Position numbers and translations under genes: made by a program. Shown here piece by piece: positions 20,115-29,483 of a stretch of 64,000 nucleotides of DNA. Within the stretch, counting starts at the first letter, position 1. Each line of letters starts with the position of its first letter. The DNA is from Candidatus Krumholzibacteriota bacterium. GTDB lineage: Bacteria > Krumholzibacteriota > Krumholzibacteriia > JAJRXK01. A model generated the notes under the pieces. That model worked only from the letters and a program-made list of their open reading frames with translations. It did no database searches and was not told the DNA's origin. Location of the stretch: NCBI GenBank assembly GCA_963806035.1, contig CAWDWO010000011.1:32001-96000 (forward strand). The letters are read 5' to 3'.

Positions 20115-21537
20115 CTAATCGGAGGAGTCATCGTGGTCGGGAATCCACTCCGCCAAACGGCGGCGGATTCCCTTTTCGGTCCCCGGCAAGAGCCAGGGAA
20201 CGCAGTTCTTCTACTACGGTGTCTGCTGCGAAACCTCGCGGAATTTCCGGCCGTGCGCTGAGGATCTGCGAATGCGGTCCCGGCTCCGTTCTCTCGGTGG
20301 TCGCAAGGTACACTTCCTCGAGCTTTTCCCCCGGGCGGAGTCCGGTCTCCACGATTTCGATCCCATCGTCCTCGGTCAAACCCGCAAGCGCGATGACGTT
20401 CCGCGCCAGCTCGTAGATCTTGATCGCCTCACCCATGTCCAGAATGAAGATCTCTCCCCCCTGCCCACCGGCCATGGCCTGAACCACCAACATCGCAGCT
20501 TCCTTGATGGTCATGAAGTAGCGGCTGGCCCGTTTGTCGGTGACGGTGAGAGGCCCTCCTCGCCGTAGCTGACGCTGGAAAATCGGCACGACGCTGCCGC
20601 GGCTGCCCAAAACGTTGCCGAAACGCACCGCCATGTAACAGGCATGATTTCTCTTGGCCGCGCACTGCACGAGAAACTCCGCGATCCTCTTGGTCGAACC
20701 CATGACGCTGCGCGGATGGACCGCTTTGTCGGTGGAGAGCATCACGAAGCGCGAAGCTCCCACCATCTCGCAGAAGCGCAGGAGGTTGGCCGTCCCCACC
20801 ACGTTGACCATCACCGCTTCTTCGGGATAGATCTCCATGAAGGGAACGTGCTTGTGAGCCGCGGCGTGCACGATGACTTCGGGCTTGAGATCTTTGGCCA
20901 AGAACTTCAGGCGGTCCATGTCGCGGACGTCAGCCAGCACCGCACGGCTGTCCCGGTAGCCCATGCCCTCGCGCAGCTCCTCTTCGATCTCGAAGAGGCT
21001 GTTTTCACCGCGACCCAAAAGCCAAAGACGCGAGGGACGGAAGGAAACGATCTGACGGCAGATCTCGCTGCCAATACTCCCCCCAGCTCCGGTGATGAGA
21101 ACTTCCCGCCCCTCCACCACTTGCCGGATCGGGCCCTTCTCGAGGGTAACGGTTTCGCGTCCGAGCAGATCCTCGGGGGCGATCTCGCGCACCTGTTCGA
21201 AGCTCACCGTGCCCTCGATGATGTCGCGGACGCCGGGCACGATTCGCACCGGAACGCGCGCTTTCTGCGCCAAGGAGATGAGCCGCCGCACCACCGAGCC
21301 CAGACCGGAGGGAATGGCGATGACGATCTCGTCGATGGCCAGCTCGCGAACGAAACGCTGCACCTCATCACTGGTGCCAGCGACGCTCTTTCCCAGAATG
21401 GACTTTCCCAACAACGCGGGATCGTCATCGAGAAACGCGATGACCTCCCGGTTGTACTCCTCTCCGTTTTCGCTCAGCTCTTCGGCGATCATGCGGCCGG
21501 CCGAGCCGGCGCCAATAATGAGGACTCTTCTCTTCAT
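20115..21537 (-). CDS. CapD/PglF/WbpM-type UDP-GlcNAc 4,6-dehydratase without N-terminal TM helices; probable 1-nt frameshift near the C-terminus
   Basis: IIGAGSAG, EDLLGR, TGAGGSIGSE, HAAAHKHVP, STDKAV.P.SVMGSTK, RFGNVLGSRGSVVP, GLRPGEKL. As sequenced the stop is at 20128. Removing one base in the 20170-20176 run gives RKGIRRRLAEWIPDHDDSSD* ending at 20115. Confidence 0.9.
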
Positions 21538-23966
21538 CTCTCCACCGCGAGCACTGCCGTGGCCGAGCCACCGGCGCGGCTCACCCGAACGATGTAGAGC
21601 CCGCTGGCCGCGTTATTGAATTTCAGATCTTTGACGTCCCACACCGCGCGCGTCTGCAGCTCCTGGCTGGTGAAATTGGACTCGGTGATCAAGGTTCCCT
21701 GGAGATCGAAGACCTGCACCTTTACCTCGCCCGAGCCCTCGATTCCGCGCAGGAAGATGCCGTCCTGCGCTCCTTCGCGCCCCGGGTAGGGGTTGGGATA
21801 GATGACGAAGGAAATCTGGTCCGCCGGCGGCTGCGCCTCGATGCCGATACTGGTCGAAACGCGGCTCGCGCCGATGGTGCTGCCGAACAGCATTTCCTGC
21901 CTGACCGGATCGTAGACGATGTTCTGCAATTCGGCTCCCGCCATGGGCGAAATCACCTCTCCGCGATAGCCGGAGAGCTGTAGCTGGAAGGTGAAGAAGG
22001 CATCGACGGTCGTCCAGGCGTCGATTTTCAGCTGATCCGCGGCGACATCCAGTCGATTCAAACCGGCCGCGGTGGTCACCCACAGGCGACCGCTGGGATC
22101 GAAGACACATCCCGAGGTGTTTCCGCTGAGCAGTCCGAGTCCGGCCTGGCCGGTACGGAAGACCCGCAGGAATTTGATCCGGTCGGAGACATTGGCCAGA
22201 AACGGCGTGTAGCGCATCTCCAGCACGCCCAGATCCGCCGCGGCAATGTAGATGAGCCCGTTCGGGGCGATCGCCACCTGACGCGGTTGCTTGAAGGCCA
22301 CCGCGCTCGAGGCGCCGACGTAGGGAATGAGGTCCCAGGCCTCACTGGAGTTGAATTGACTGGTCCGCATGATCCCGTCGTTGGCCAGGCCGTCGTAGTC
22401 CCAGCGCTGCACTCCCTCGCCATCGATGCAAATCCATGCAATACCCCCTGGGGATTGGAAAGTGACACTGGTCACCCACCCATCCAGGAGCTGACTGTTG
22501 GCGGGCGAGAGTTGCCTCCAAGCCGTGGGATCTTCCGGGCGGCTTTTGTCCTCGAGAATGTCGATTCCCAGACCGGCATCGGCGAGATCCCCCTCGCTGA
22601 GGAGCCAGATTCTGCCCTGTGGGTCCTCCGCGATCTGACGAATGCGCCGCAGTCGGAGCGGGCTCTCATCCGGCACCAGATCGAGATATTCCGCGCTCGC
22701 GGGGTCGTCGTCGGGCGAAGGACGCAGGCGCGTGAGACAATCCCGGAAGGTGCTCACCCAAAGATCGGAGTTGGAATCGAGGGCCAGTCCAAAATTGGTC
22801 CGATTGGAGCACCAGCCGAATCCGGCGACCGACTGTTCGTAGTCGTAGTGCACGAAGCTGCCGTCGGCGCGCCAATGCGTCAGTCCCGTGTAAGGAGCCA
22901 GACAACTCACCCAGGCTCCGCCTTTGCCGTCGGGAACCATGTTCTGCACGTTGACCCCGAGCAATCCGATGGCGGTGAGGACGCGTCCCGAATCCGGCTC
23001 GAGTAAGCAAGCGCGGGGACCCTGCAAATTGCGCTGCAAGTCGACCTGGTATCCTCCGTACCACACCTGACCTTGACCGTCCGGGGCCAGCGTTTGCAAA
23101 ACCCTCCCGCTGAGGTCCAGGGCCCGGCTCTGCCATTGACCCGACTGCGCATCGAGTCGCCAGGCCGTCCCGGTATAGCCCAGGCCGACGAGATCCTGTC
23201 CGTCGAGCTTCATGGCAACTAAGCTGTCGCTCAATCCAGTCCCGAACTCCGCCCACGTCCCGCTGCCTGGGTCGAATTTCTTGACTCCCGCCCGGTCGGC
23301 GACGAAAACGCCCGGGGATCCGGCCACCAGTCCCCTGACCACTTCGAGATCGAGTCCGCCGTTGAAGGTCTGAAAGATGCCGTCCTTGAGACGACTCAGT
23401 CCTCCCTGGGTGGCAAACCAAGCTTCTCCTCCGTAGGCCGCCGCGTAGAGTACGCGATCGTCCGCGAGCCCCTCATCCGCCGCGGTATAAATTGCTTCGG
23501 GCACCCCCGAGCTGAGACGGCCGGCGCCGTCGAGGCGCGTTCCGTAGTAGACGAAGTTGCCGTCCGTCGCGACCGCGGTGATCTCCAGCGAGGCCAGGTT
23601 CTGGGCCACCGCCCGCACACCGAAGCCAGCGTCGATGCGGCAGAGACCCGCGGGAGAGATACCCTCGCCCCCCGTGGCCACCCAGAGTTCGCCCCCCGAC
23701 GAAACGGCCAGGCCGCTGATCGCGTCGGAACTGAGTCCATCGCCACTGTTGAAGCGGCGGATCGCTCCGCTGGTGGGATCGACGATGAGCAGTCCACCCT
23801 GAGGCGTGGCGGCGACGAGCTTGCCCTCGAAGAGGGTCATGTGCTGGACCTCGCGCAGCTGGGCGGCGGTGGCCCAGGGTCCGGCTTCGCTCAAGTCGGC
23901 GGAAGCATGCGGTGGCCGAAGAACGAGGGTGAGGAAAATGAGCGTCCAGAAGATGCAGGTTTTCAT
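21534..23966 (-). CDS. Secreted beta-propeller protein with C-terminal T9SS-CTD/FlgD-Ig-like domain (PorZ-like)
   Basis: Signal peptide MKTCIFWTLIFLTLVLRPPHASA. Repeated two-component-regulator propeller blades (GLSSDAISGLAVSSGGELWVAT, D..G.VW, DPQGRIW, DPSGRLWVTTAAGL). C-terminal IYPNPY...VQVFDLQGTLI...WDVKDL......SGLYIVRV. Confidence 0.7.
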   Translation of the reverse strand: MKTCIFWTLIFLTLVLRPPHASADLSEAGPWATAAQLREVQHMTLFEGKLVAATPQGGLLIVDPTSGAIRRFNSGDGLSSDAISGLAVSSGGELWVATGGEGISPAGLCRIDAGFGVRAVAQNLASLEITAVATDGNFVYYGTRLDGAGRLSSGVPEAIYTAADEGLADDRVLYAAAYGGEAWFATQGGLSRLKDGIFQTFNGGLDLEVVRGLVAGSPGVFVADRAGVKKFDPGSGTWAEFGTGLSDSLVAMKLDGQDLVGLGYTGTAWRLDAQSGQWQSRALDLSGRVLQTLAPDGQGQVWYGGYQVDLQRNLQGPRACLLEPDSGRVLTAIGLLGVNVQNMVPDGKGGAWVSCLAPYTGLTHWRADGSFVHYDYEQSVAGFGWCSNRTNFGLALDSNSDLWVSTFRDCLTRLRPSPDDDPASAEYLDLVPDESPLRLRRIRQIAEDPQGRIWLLSEGDLADAGLGIDILEDKSRPEDPTAWRQLSPANSQLLDGWVTSVTFQSPGGIAWICIDGEGVQRWDYDGLANDGIMRTSQFNSSEAWDLIPYVGASSAVAFKQPRQVAIAPNGLIYIAAADLGVLEMRYTPFLANVSDRIKFLRVFRTGQAGLGLLSGNTSGCVFDPSGRLWVTTAAGLNRLDVAADQLKIDAWTTVDAFFTFQLQLSGYRGEVISPMAGAELQNIVYDPVRQEMLFGSTIGASRVSTSIGIEAQPPADQISFVIYPNPYPGREGAQDGIFLRGIEGSGEVKVQVFDLQGTLITESNFTSQELQTRAVWDVKDLKFNNAASGLYIVRVSRAGGSATAVLAVER

Positions 23967-23976
23967 ACGATCCACT

Positions 23977-26109
23977 TCAAGAACTTCGGGGAAGTCGGTG
24001 CCAGTAGTCACGACGAAAGAGGATTCCCGGCAGAGCCGACAGCAGGAGATCCAAATCGAGCGTCAGCGACCACTGCTCCAGATAATCGAGATCACTGGAA
24101 ACGAGGGACTCGAGAGTCGTCTCGTTGCACTCTTGTTGCCAGAGGCCCGCGAGACCGGGCTTGACGGCGAACCGTAGCAAGTGGATCGGACGGAGCTCCT
24201 TTTCCCGCAGTGGAGAAAATGCGTACGGTCCCACCAAACTGAGCTGTCCGGTGAGAACCTGCCAAAAGACGGGCAGCTGCACCAAACCCCAGAGCGCGCG
24301 CCCACTGCGGCCACTCACGAGTTCCGGCCAGTGGAGGATTCGCCGGCGTTGGCCGAGCCTCTCGGAGTCCCGCCAGCGGACGAGGCCCAAGGGCCGCCCC
24401 AAGGCTGAGCATAGCACGAAGCCGGGGAGTGACAAAAGGCAGAGCAGCGCCCCCGTGATCCGATCCACCGCCGCTTTGGCCCATGCGCCCTCGGCGAGCA
24501 TGGAAGGGGGGCGAATCTGCAACCACGCAGATCCATGCCGGCGAATCAGCCCGTCCATCCCGCGCAGTACCTCCGCCCACGGGGGCAAGAGGTAAACCGT
24601 CACGCCACTGGCCGCGATCTGCCTGAGTTTCGCTACGGTCAGCTCTCTCTGCTTCATCCCGCCCGCGACCAGGACTTCGCCGAGCCGGTAGTTTTCGACG
24701 ATTTCCTCCAGCCTCTCCACTGGCCCCAGGACGCGGAGGGTCCCTCCCTGCGCAGTCCCCGGCCCGGCAAGCGGAACTTGCCCCGCCACGATCAAGGATT
24801 CACGGGCTCGTGCGGAGAGCATCGTCCTCAGGCGTTCCACCTCCACCGCGTCTCCCACGAGAGCGGCACGGTCGAATCCACTAGCTGCCGTGCCTCCGGC
24901 CAAGAGACGCTTCAGAAGAACCCGTGAGAGTTGCAGAGCCACCGTCAACAGGGGAAAGAGAAAGACGATGACGAGACGGCTGAAGGTCCGTGTGTGAGCA
25001 AGCCAGGTTCCCGCCATGACGAGTAGTGTCACGGTGAGTGCAAGCCGTCCGCTGTCGATCCATCGCGAGAGGGGCCGCTCGTTGTGAGTCGAAACGTAAC
25101 GGCCCGCCAGAGGAAGAGTGAAGGCCGCCACCACGTTGGTGAATGCGAGTAGAGGCAGGTACTCGGCAAAGGCGTAGAGCGGCAAGGGAAGTGCCGGTTG
25201 CAAGAGCAAACGAGCGAAATAGGACGCCAAGAATGCCACATTCAAAAATACGAGATCGAGAACGAAGGCACTCAGCTTCTCCCAGCCGCGACGCAACTGC
25301 TTCGCCACGTAGACCAGTGCTCCCCACTTGTCGTAGTAACTGGCGAACGAGCGCAAGTGATAGAGCAAAGTTCTGTTCAAGCCACCGCTGCTGCGCTCGT
25401 AGGCGTGAACGAAGCTGGACTCGGGAAAATAGTGCACCTCGAATCCACCGGCCCACATCCGGTAGCACCAGTCGACGTCCTCGAAGTACATGAAAAAGCG
25501 GCCATCCATCTTGCCGACCGCGTCGATGGCGGATCGTCGCACCAGCATCCACGCTCCCATCACCCAGTCCACCGGGCGGGGATGCTCCAGGTCGTCATCG
25601 AGCATGAGGTGGCGTCTCAGTTCGGGATGATCGGGTTTCAAGCGTCCCAGGGGCGTCCGCCGCAAGAGTATCGTCTGGAGGGTATAGAAGCGGCGCGCAC
25701 TGTTCTGCAGCGAACCGTCTCGATTGAGCAGGCGGGCGCCCACGATGCCCGCTTCGGGATGTTCCTCGAGGTACTTCAGAGCACGGTCGACTCCTCCCTC
25801 GGAAAGCTCCACGTCGGGGTTGATGACGAGTATGGCGCGCCCATTCGCGTGCTCGATGCCCGCATTCACACCACGGGCGTAGCCCAGGTTCTTGGGGCTG
25901 GAGAGGAGCGTGACTTCGGGGTGTTCCTTTTCGATCCAGTCCGCCACGCCGTCTCCCGGCGCGTTGTCCACCAGCAGAATCTCGTGCGAGGCCTCGATGG
26001 GGTGGCGGCGATAGCTCTCGAAGAAGGCCCGGAGAGGCTGAGCACTGTGGTAACTCACGAGGACGATCGTGAGTTCCAGGGAAGGCATTTGCGTGCTCGT
26101 AGTTCTCAT
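23977..26109 (-). CDS. GT2 glycosyltransferase fused to a WcaJ/WbaP-like membrane domain and an eroded phosphoglycosyl transferase domain
   Basis: GT2 part: VDNA, NLGYARGVN, INPD, GAWMLVRR, YFEDVDWC. Then 4 TM helices, a CoA-binding-like region and PGT remnants (LP.FWQVLTGQLSLVGP, KPGLAGLWQ, DLDYLEQWSLTLD). Start at 26109 overlaps the upstream stop (ATGA). Confidence 0.85.
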   Translation of the reverse strand: MRTTSTQMPSLELTIVLVSYHSAQPLRAFFESYRRHPIEASHEILLVDNAPGDGVADWIEKEHPEVTLLSSPKNLGYARGVNAGIEHANGRAILVINPDVELSEGGVDRALKYLEEHPEAGIVGARLLNRDGSLQNSARRFYTLQTILLRRTPLGRLKPDHPELRRHLMLDDDLEHPRPVDWVMGAWMLVRRSAIDAVGKMDGRFFMYFEDVDWCYRMWAGGFEVHYFPESSFVHAYERSSGGLNRTLLYHLRSFASYYDKWGALVYVAKQLRRGWEKLSAFVLDLVFLNVAFLASYFARLLLQPALPLPLYAFAEYLPLLAFTNVVAAFTLPLAGRYVSTHNERPLSRWIDSGRLALTVTLLVMAGTWLAHTRTFSRLVIVFLFPLLTVALQLSRVLLKRLLAGGTAASGFDRAALVGDAVEVERLRTMLSARARESLIVAGQVPLAGPGTAQGGTLRVLGPVERLEEIVENYRLGEVLVAGGMKQRELTVAKLRQIAASGVTVYLLPPWAEVLRGMDGLIRRHGSAWLQIRPPSMLAEGAWAKAAVDRITGALLCLLSLPGFVLCSALGRPLGLVRWRDSERLGQRRRILHWPELVSGRSGRALWGLVQLPVFWQVLTGQLSLVGPYAFSPLREKELRPIHLLRFAVKPGLAGLWQQECNETTLESLVSSDLDYLEQWSLTLDLDLLLSALPGILFRRDYWHRLPRSS

Positions 26110-26819
26110 TCGCTGGAAGCGGAGAAGAAGCGCAGACGCCAGACGACCCAAGCCGCCTCCCAGATGATCCGTCTGGACATCTTGCTCTCTCCCACCACGC
26201 GGTCGGTGAAGACGATGGGGATCTCGCGAATTTGAAACCCGCGCCTCCACGCGTGATAGTTCAGTTCGATCTGGAATCCGTATCCGTCGCTGTGGACCCG
26301 GCTCAGCGGGAGGCTCTGCAGAGTACGGCGCCGGAAGCACTTGAAGCCACCGGTACAGTCTTTCAGCGGAAGACCGGTGACCGCGGCAGCGTAGTAGTTG
26401 GCGAAAACCGACAGGAAGAGGCGCGACAGAGGCCAGTTCATGACCGTGATGCCGTTCACGTAGCGACTCCCGATCACCAAGTCACAGTGTTGGATCGTTT
26501 CCAGGAAGCTGGGAATTGCCGCGGGATCGTGCGAGAAATCGGCATCCATCTCGAAAATGTACTCCGCATCGGTCTCCGCGAGTGCCCACTGGAATCCGGC
26601 CAGGTAGGCCGTTCCCAGGCCCTGCTTCCCCTCCCGTTCGATGAGATGAATACGCGATTCGCTCTGCATCATTTGCGTGACGACAGCGCCGGTGCCGTCG
26701 GGGCTGCTGTCATCCACGACCAGGACGTCGATTCCCGGATCCTGTTTCAGGATCTCAGGAATGATGCGCCCGATGTTGTGCCGCTCGTTATAGGTGGGGA
26801 TCACGATCAGAGCTTTCAT
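26106..26819 (-). CDS. Polyprenol-phosphate mannose synthase (DPM1/Ppm1-like GT2)
   Basis: IPTYNE, VVDDSSPDGT, GLGTAY, EMDADFSH, GSRY, D.TGGFKCFR, GYGFQIE, F.DR..GESKM. Confidence 0.9.
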   Translation of the reverse strand: MKALIVIPTYNERHNIGRIIPEILKQDPGIDVLVVDDSSPDGTGAVVTQMMQSESRIHLIEREGKQGLGTAYLAGFQWALAETDAEYIFEMDADFSHDPAAIPSFLETIQHCDLVIGSRYVNGITVMNWPLSRLFLSVFANYYAAAVTGLPLKDCTGGFKCFRRRTLQSLPLSRVHSDGYGFQIELNYHAWRRGFQIREIPIVFTDRVVGESKMSRRIIWEAAWVVWRLRFFSASSE

Positions 26820-26841
26820 CCGCTTCCAACGCTCCTCACGA

Positions 26842-26950
26842 ACTCAGGGACCAGCGTGACGTGGGCTGAGAGCTGCCCTCTGCGTTGCCAGCCTAGTCGG
26901 GCTCGCAGCGGCTGGCAATCATCGAAATCCGGCGCCTGCGCTCCCTGAGT
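26842..26950. other. Intergenic nested inverted repeats (candidate structured RNA or miniature element)
   Basis: ACTCAGGGA (26842-26850) pairs with TCCCTGAGT (26942-26950). Inner TTGCCAGCC (26885-26893) pairs with GGCTGGCAA (26910-26918). Small GGGC/GCCC hairpin at 26863-26878. Confidence 0.5.
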
Positions 26951-26969
26951 ATACCCCATTCCGCCGGCA

Positions 26970-29483
26970 TCACGCCTTGGCTCCACCCCCGCTTTTGGAG
27001 GGAAAGCGCGAGGAGGAAGCTCTGAATGCTCGCAGCAGCAATGCGAGTGCAGCCAGAACGAGGATTGCCAGGGCGATACGGTGCAAAAGCCGTCCGGTGC
27101 GAAATGCCTCATCGTGGTAGAGAAACTCGATTCGATGATTTCCTGGCGCTAGCGCGAGCGCCCTGAGGGCATAGTCGGCGCGGATGATGGTGGCGGGCTT
27201 CCCGTCGATTCTCGCCTCCCAATCCGGATAGTAGACGTCAGCGAAGACCGCGAGCGACGGACGATCGCACTGCGCCTCGAACACGATGCGCTGCGGATGT
27301 TCTTCGAGGCGCCGCACCTGGCCGCTGGCGCCGGCTTCGGGCGCCGGACTGGGGAGCTGGGAGAGGATTACTTCCTGGGCCGGGTCGAAGTTCGCTGCGA
27401 GCACACGATCGAGCACCGTGGTATCGGGCTCAGAGTGGCTCGTGTTCATCCCCGCGCGTTCCAACTGGAAACGATCCACGATCCAAGCGCGCGCCCCCGC
27501 GCTGTCGTTGCGGTACACGACTCCGCCATCGCCCTGGTACATCTGCACCAGCGAGAGTCCCTGCTGCGCCAGGCCCCGCACCGTCGGCTCCGGCAGGGCG
27601 TTGGGAACGTGGACCCACCCCGCGGCCAGGAGATCGACCAGCTTCAGGGACGGCAGTCCCTTCGGTGGATACAGGTGCTCCCGGATCTCCTCGTAGGTTC
27701 TGAGCTTGGCCGCATGGTAGCCGGCCAGGCTCACGATGCCCTGCGCAGCGTAGATGTTCTCCATCTGATATCCGCCCAGAGGCCAGACCCTGGGAAAGGA
27801 ACCCTGTTTCTTGAGAAAATCCAGGGCGCCGTTGCTCGCGACGTAGGAGTGCACGAAGCTCTGGTCGCGAATCATGGCCGGAGAATCGACCACCTCAGCG
27901 CGCCCCTGTTCGTCACGGTCCACCTGTTTCAGATAGCGCTCCGGATGCACGATGGGTCGAGACACTCCGTAGAGGTCCGCGAAAACCAGGAATCCCAGCA
28001 GGGCGGCCAGGAGTGGTCTGGAGATCCTGCCGCGAATGTACGCGACCGCTGCGGCCAAGGAGAGCAGCAGAATCGCGCCGAGCCTCAGGGCATCACCTCG
28101 CGCCAGCTTCGCCGCGGCATCCAAGGCAGCGACGGGAACCCGGGCGCGCAGGGAAAGCCAGTGATTGATCGACTGTTCGCGCAGGTAATCGAAGCCGAAG
28201 CTACCCAGGATCAGGAGCACGATGGCGAGAACCAAGAGCGGCAGAGCGACCGCAGCGGTGAGCCAGGCAGGGCGATGTTCCTTCTTGAGGTGCGAGAGGA
28301 GTTCGTCGATTCCCGCAGCCGCCAGCAAAATCAGGGAGAACTCCTGCAAAATCAGAATCATCACCGGAACGCGAAATTTCTTGAAGGCGGGTAGCAGTTC
28401 GTAAAGTACACGATAGAGAAAGCCGTGGTTGCCCATCGCCACCAGAGTCGAGAAGACGGCGAGCGCCGCCAGCATCCAGGTCCAGCGATCACGGCGGAAG
28501 ACCAGCGCCAAAAGCGCCAAGATCAAGACTGGCAATCCCACGTAGTTCGGATAATCGGTGAACGGCATGCTCCCCACGTAGGAGAGCTTGCCGTAGCCCA
28601 CCGCGGTGGGCCACCAGAAGGTGGGAATTCCACTCGCACCCAAGCTCCAGCTGGTAGCGTAGGCGAAGCTCACGCCGCCACCGGTGCTCGCCGCGCCACG
28701 GATGCTGTGCGCCTGGTAACTCAGTACCGGCAGATAGAGTTCGGTGGCCAGAAGAAGCGCCAGCACGCAGGCTGCAAGGATCCAAGCACTGCGCAGAGCG
28801 AGCCGCCGGCGTCCCTGCTCCTCTTTCCACAGCGGAATACCGAAGGCGCAGAACCAGAAGACCCCGGCCATCGCCGTGTAGTAGGTCATCTGAACGTGGG
28901 CGCGCAGAAGCAGCACTCCGAGAAAAGCGGCCAGGGCCACCGCCCACTTGGCCTGCCCACGCCGCAGCAACCCTTCGAGCATCCAGAGAATCCAGGGCAA
29001 CCAGGCGATACTGAGCACCTTGGTGCCATGCCCATAAACACACCAGGCGACCAGTTTGGGAAAGGCCATGACCGCCGCGCCGGCGAAGACCGAGGCCGCC
29101 CATGACTGTCCTCGCCAACGCAGGTAAGCACAGGTCCCCAGACCCAAAATGAGAAGGTGCAACAGGAGCCAGGTCATCGGGGGCAGGTGGAACAAGTGCT
29201 TGAGCTCGTCGATGGGTCGTTCCAGCGGATAGACACCCGGGGTATAAGCAAGGCTCGCGTAGGAGGGCATCCCGAGAAATACATAGGGATTCCAGAGTGG
29301 ATACACTCCCTCGTCCAGCATCCGATCCCCCACGATCTTGAATGCTTGAACCGCTCGCGCATCACTACTCGCGTAGATCTTGCCCGCGTACTGTTCGGGA
29401 TGCAGGACCGCGCTTGCCGACAGCAAGACGAGGAAAGCCAAGAGCCAGATTCCGAATGTGGCTTTGCGAGTGCTCATACTCAT
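26970..29483 (-). CDS. YfhO-family membrane protein (GT-C-fold glycosyltransferase)
   Basis: PLWNPYVFLGMPSYA, HVQMTYY, SIRG...G...YATSWS, YVG, FRVP, GYHAAKL, C-terminal VYYPDWEARIDG...RADYALRAL.L.PG.H.IEF.Y followed by a TM helix. Confidence 0.85.
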   Translation of the reverse strand: MSMSTRKATFGIWLLAFLVLLSASAVLHPEQYAGKIYASSDARAVQAFKIVGDRMLDEGVYPLWNPYVFLGMPSYASLAYTPGVYPLERPIDELKHLFHLPPMTWLLLHLLILGLGTCAYLRWRGQSWAASVFAGAAVMAFPKLVAWCVYGHGTKVLSIAWLPWILWMLEGLLRRGQAKWAVALAAFLGVLLLRAHVQMTYYTAMAGVFWFCAFGIPLWKEEQGRRRLALRSAWILAACVLALLLATELYLPVLSYQAHSIRGAASTGGGVSFAYATSWSLGASGIPTFWWPTAVGYGKLSYVGSMPFTDYPNYVGLPVLILALLALVFRRDRWTWMLAALAVFSTLVAMGNHGFLYRVLYELLPAFKKFRVPVMILILQEFSLILLAAAGIDELLSHLKKEHRPAWLTAAVALPLLVLAIVLLILGSFGFDYLREQSINHWLSLRARVPVAALDAAAKLARGDALRLGAILLLSLAAAVAYIRGRISRPLLAALLGFLVFADLYGVSRPIVHPERYLKQVDRDEQGRAEVVDSPAMIRDQSFVHSYVASNGALDFLKKQGSFPRVWPLGGYQMENIYAAQGIVSLAGYHAAKLRTYEEIREHLYPPKGLPSLKLVDLLAAGWVHVPNALPEPTVRGLAQQGLSLVQMYQGDGGVVYRNDSAGARAWIVDRFQLERAGMNTSHSEPDTTVLDRVLAANFDPAQEVILSQLPSPAPEAGASGQVRRLEEHPQRIVFEAQCDRPSLAVFADVYYPDWEARIDGKPATIIRADYALRALALAPGNHRIEFLYHDEAFRTGRLLHRIALAILVLAALALLLRAFRASSSRFPSKSGGGAKA

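Noticed and set aside
26816..27112. 98-aa minus-strand ORF spanning the yfhO-DPM gap
   Set aside because: It overlaps yfhO out of frame, has no motifs, and the gap is better explained by the nested inverted repeats.
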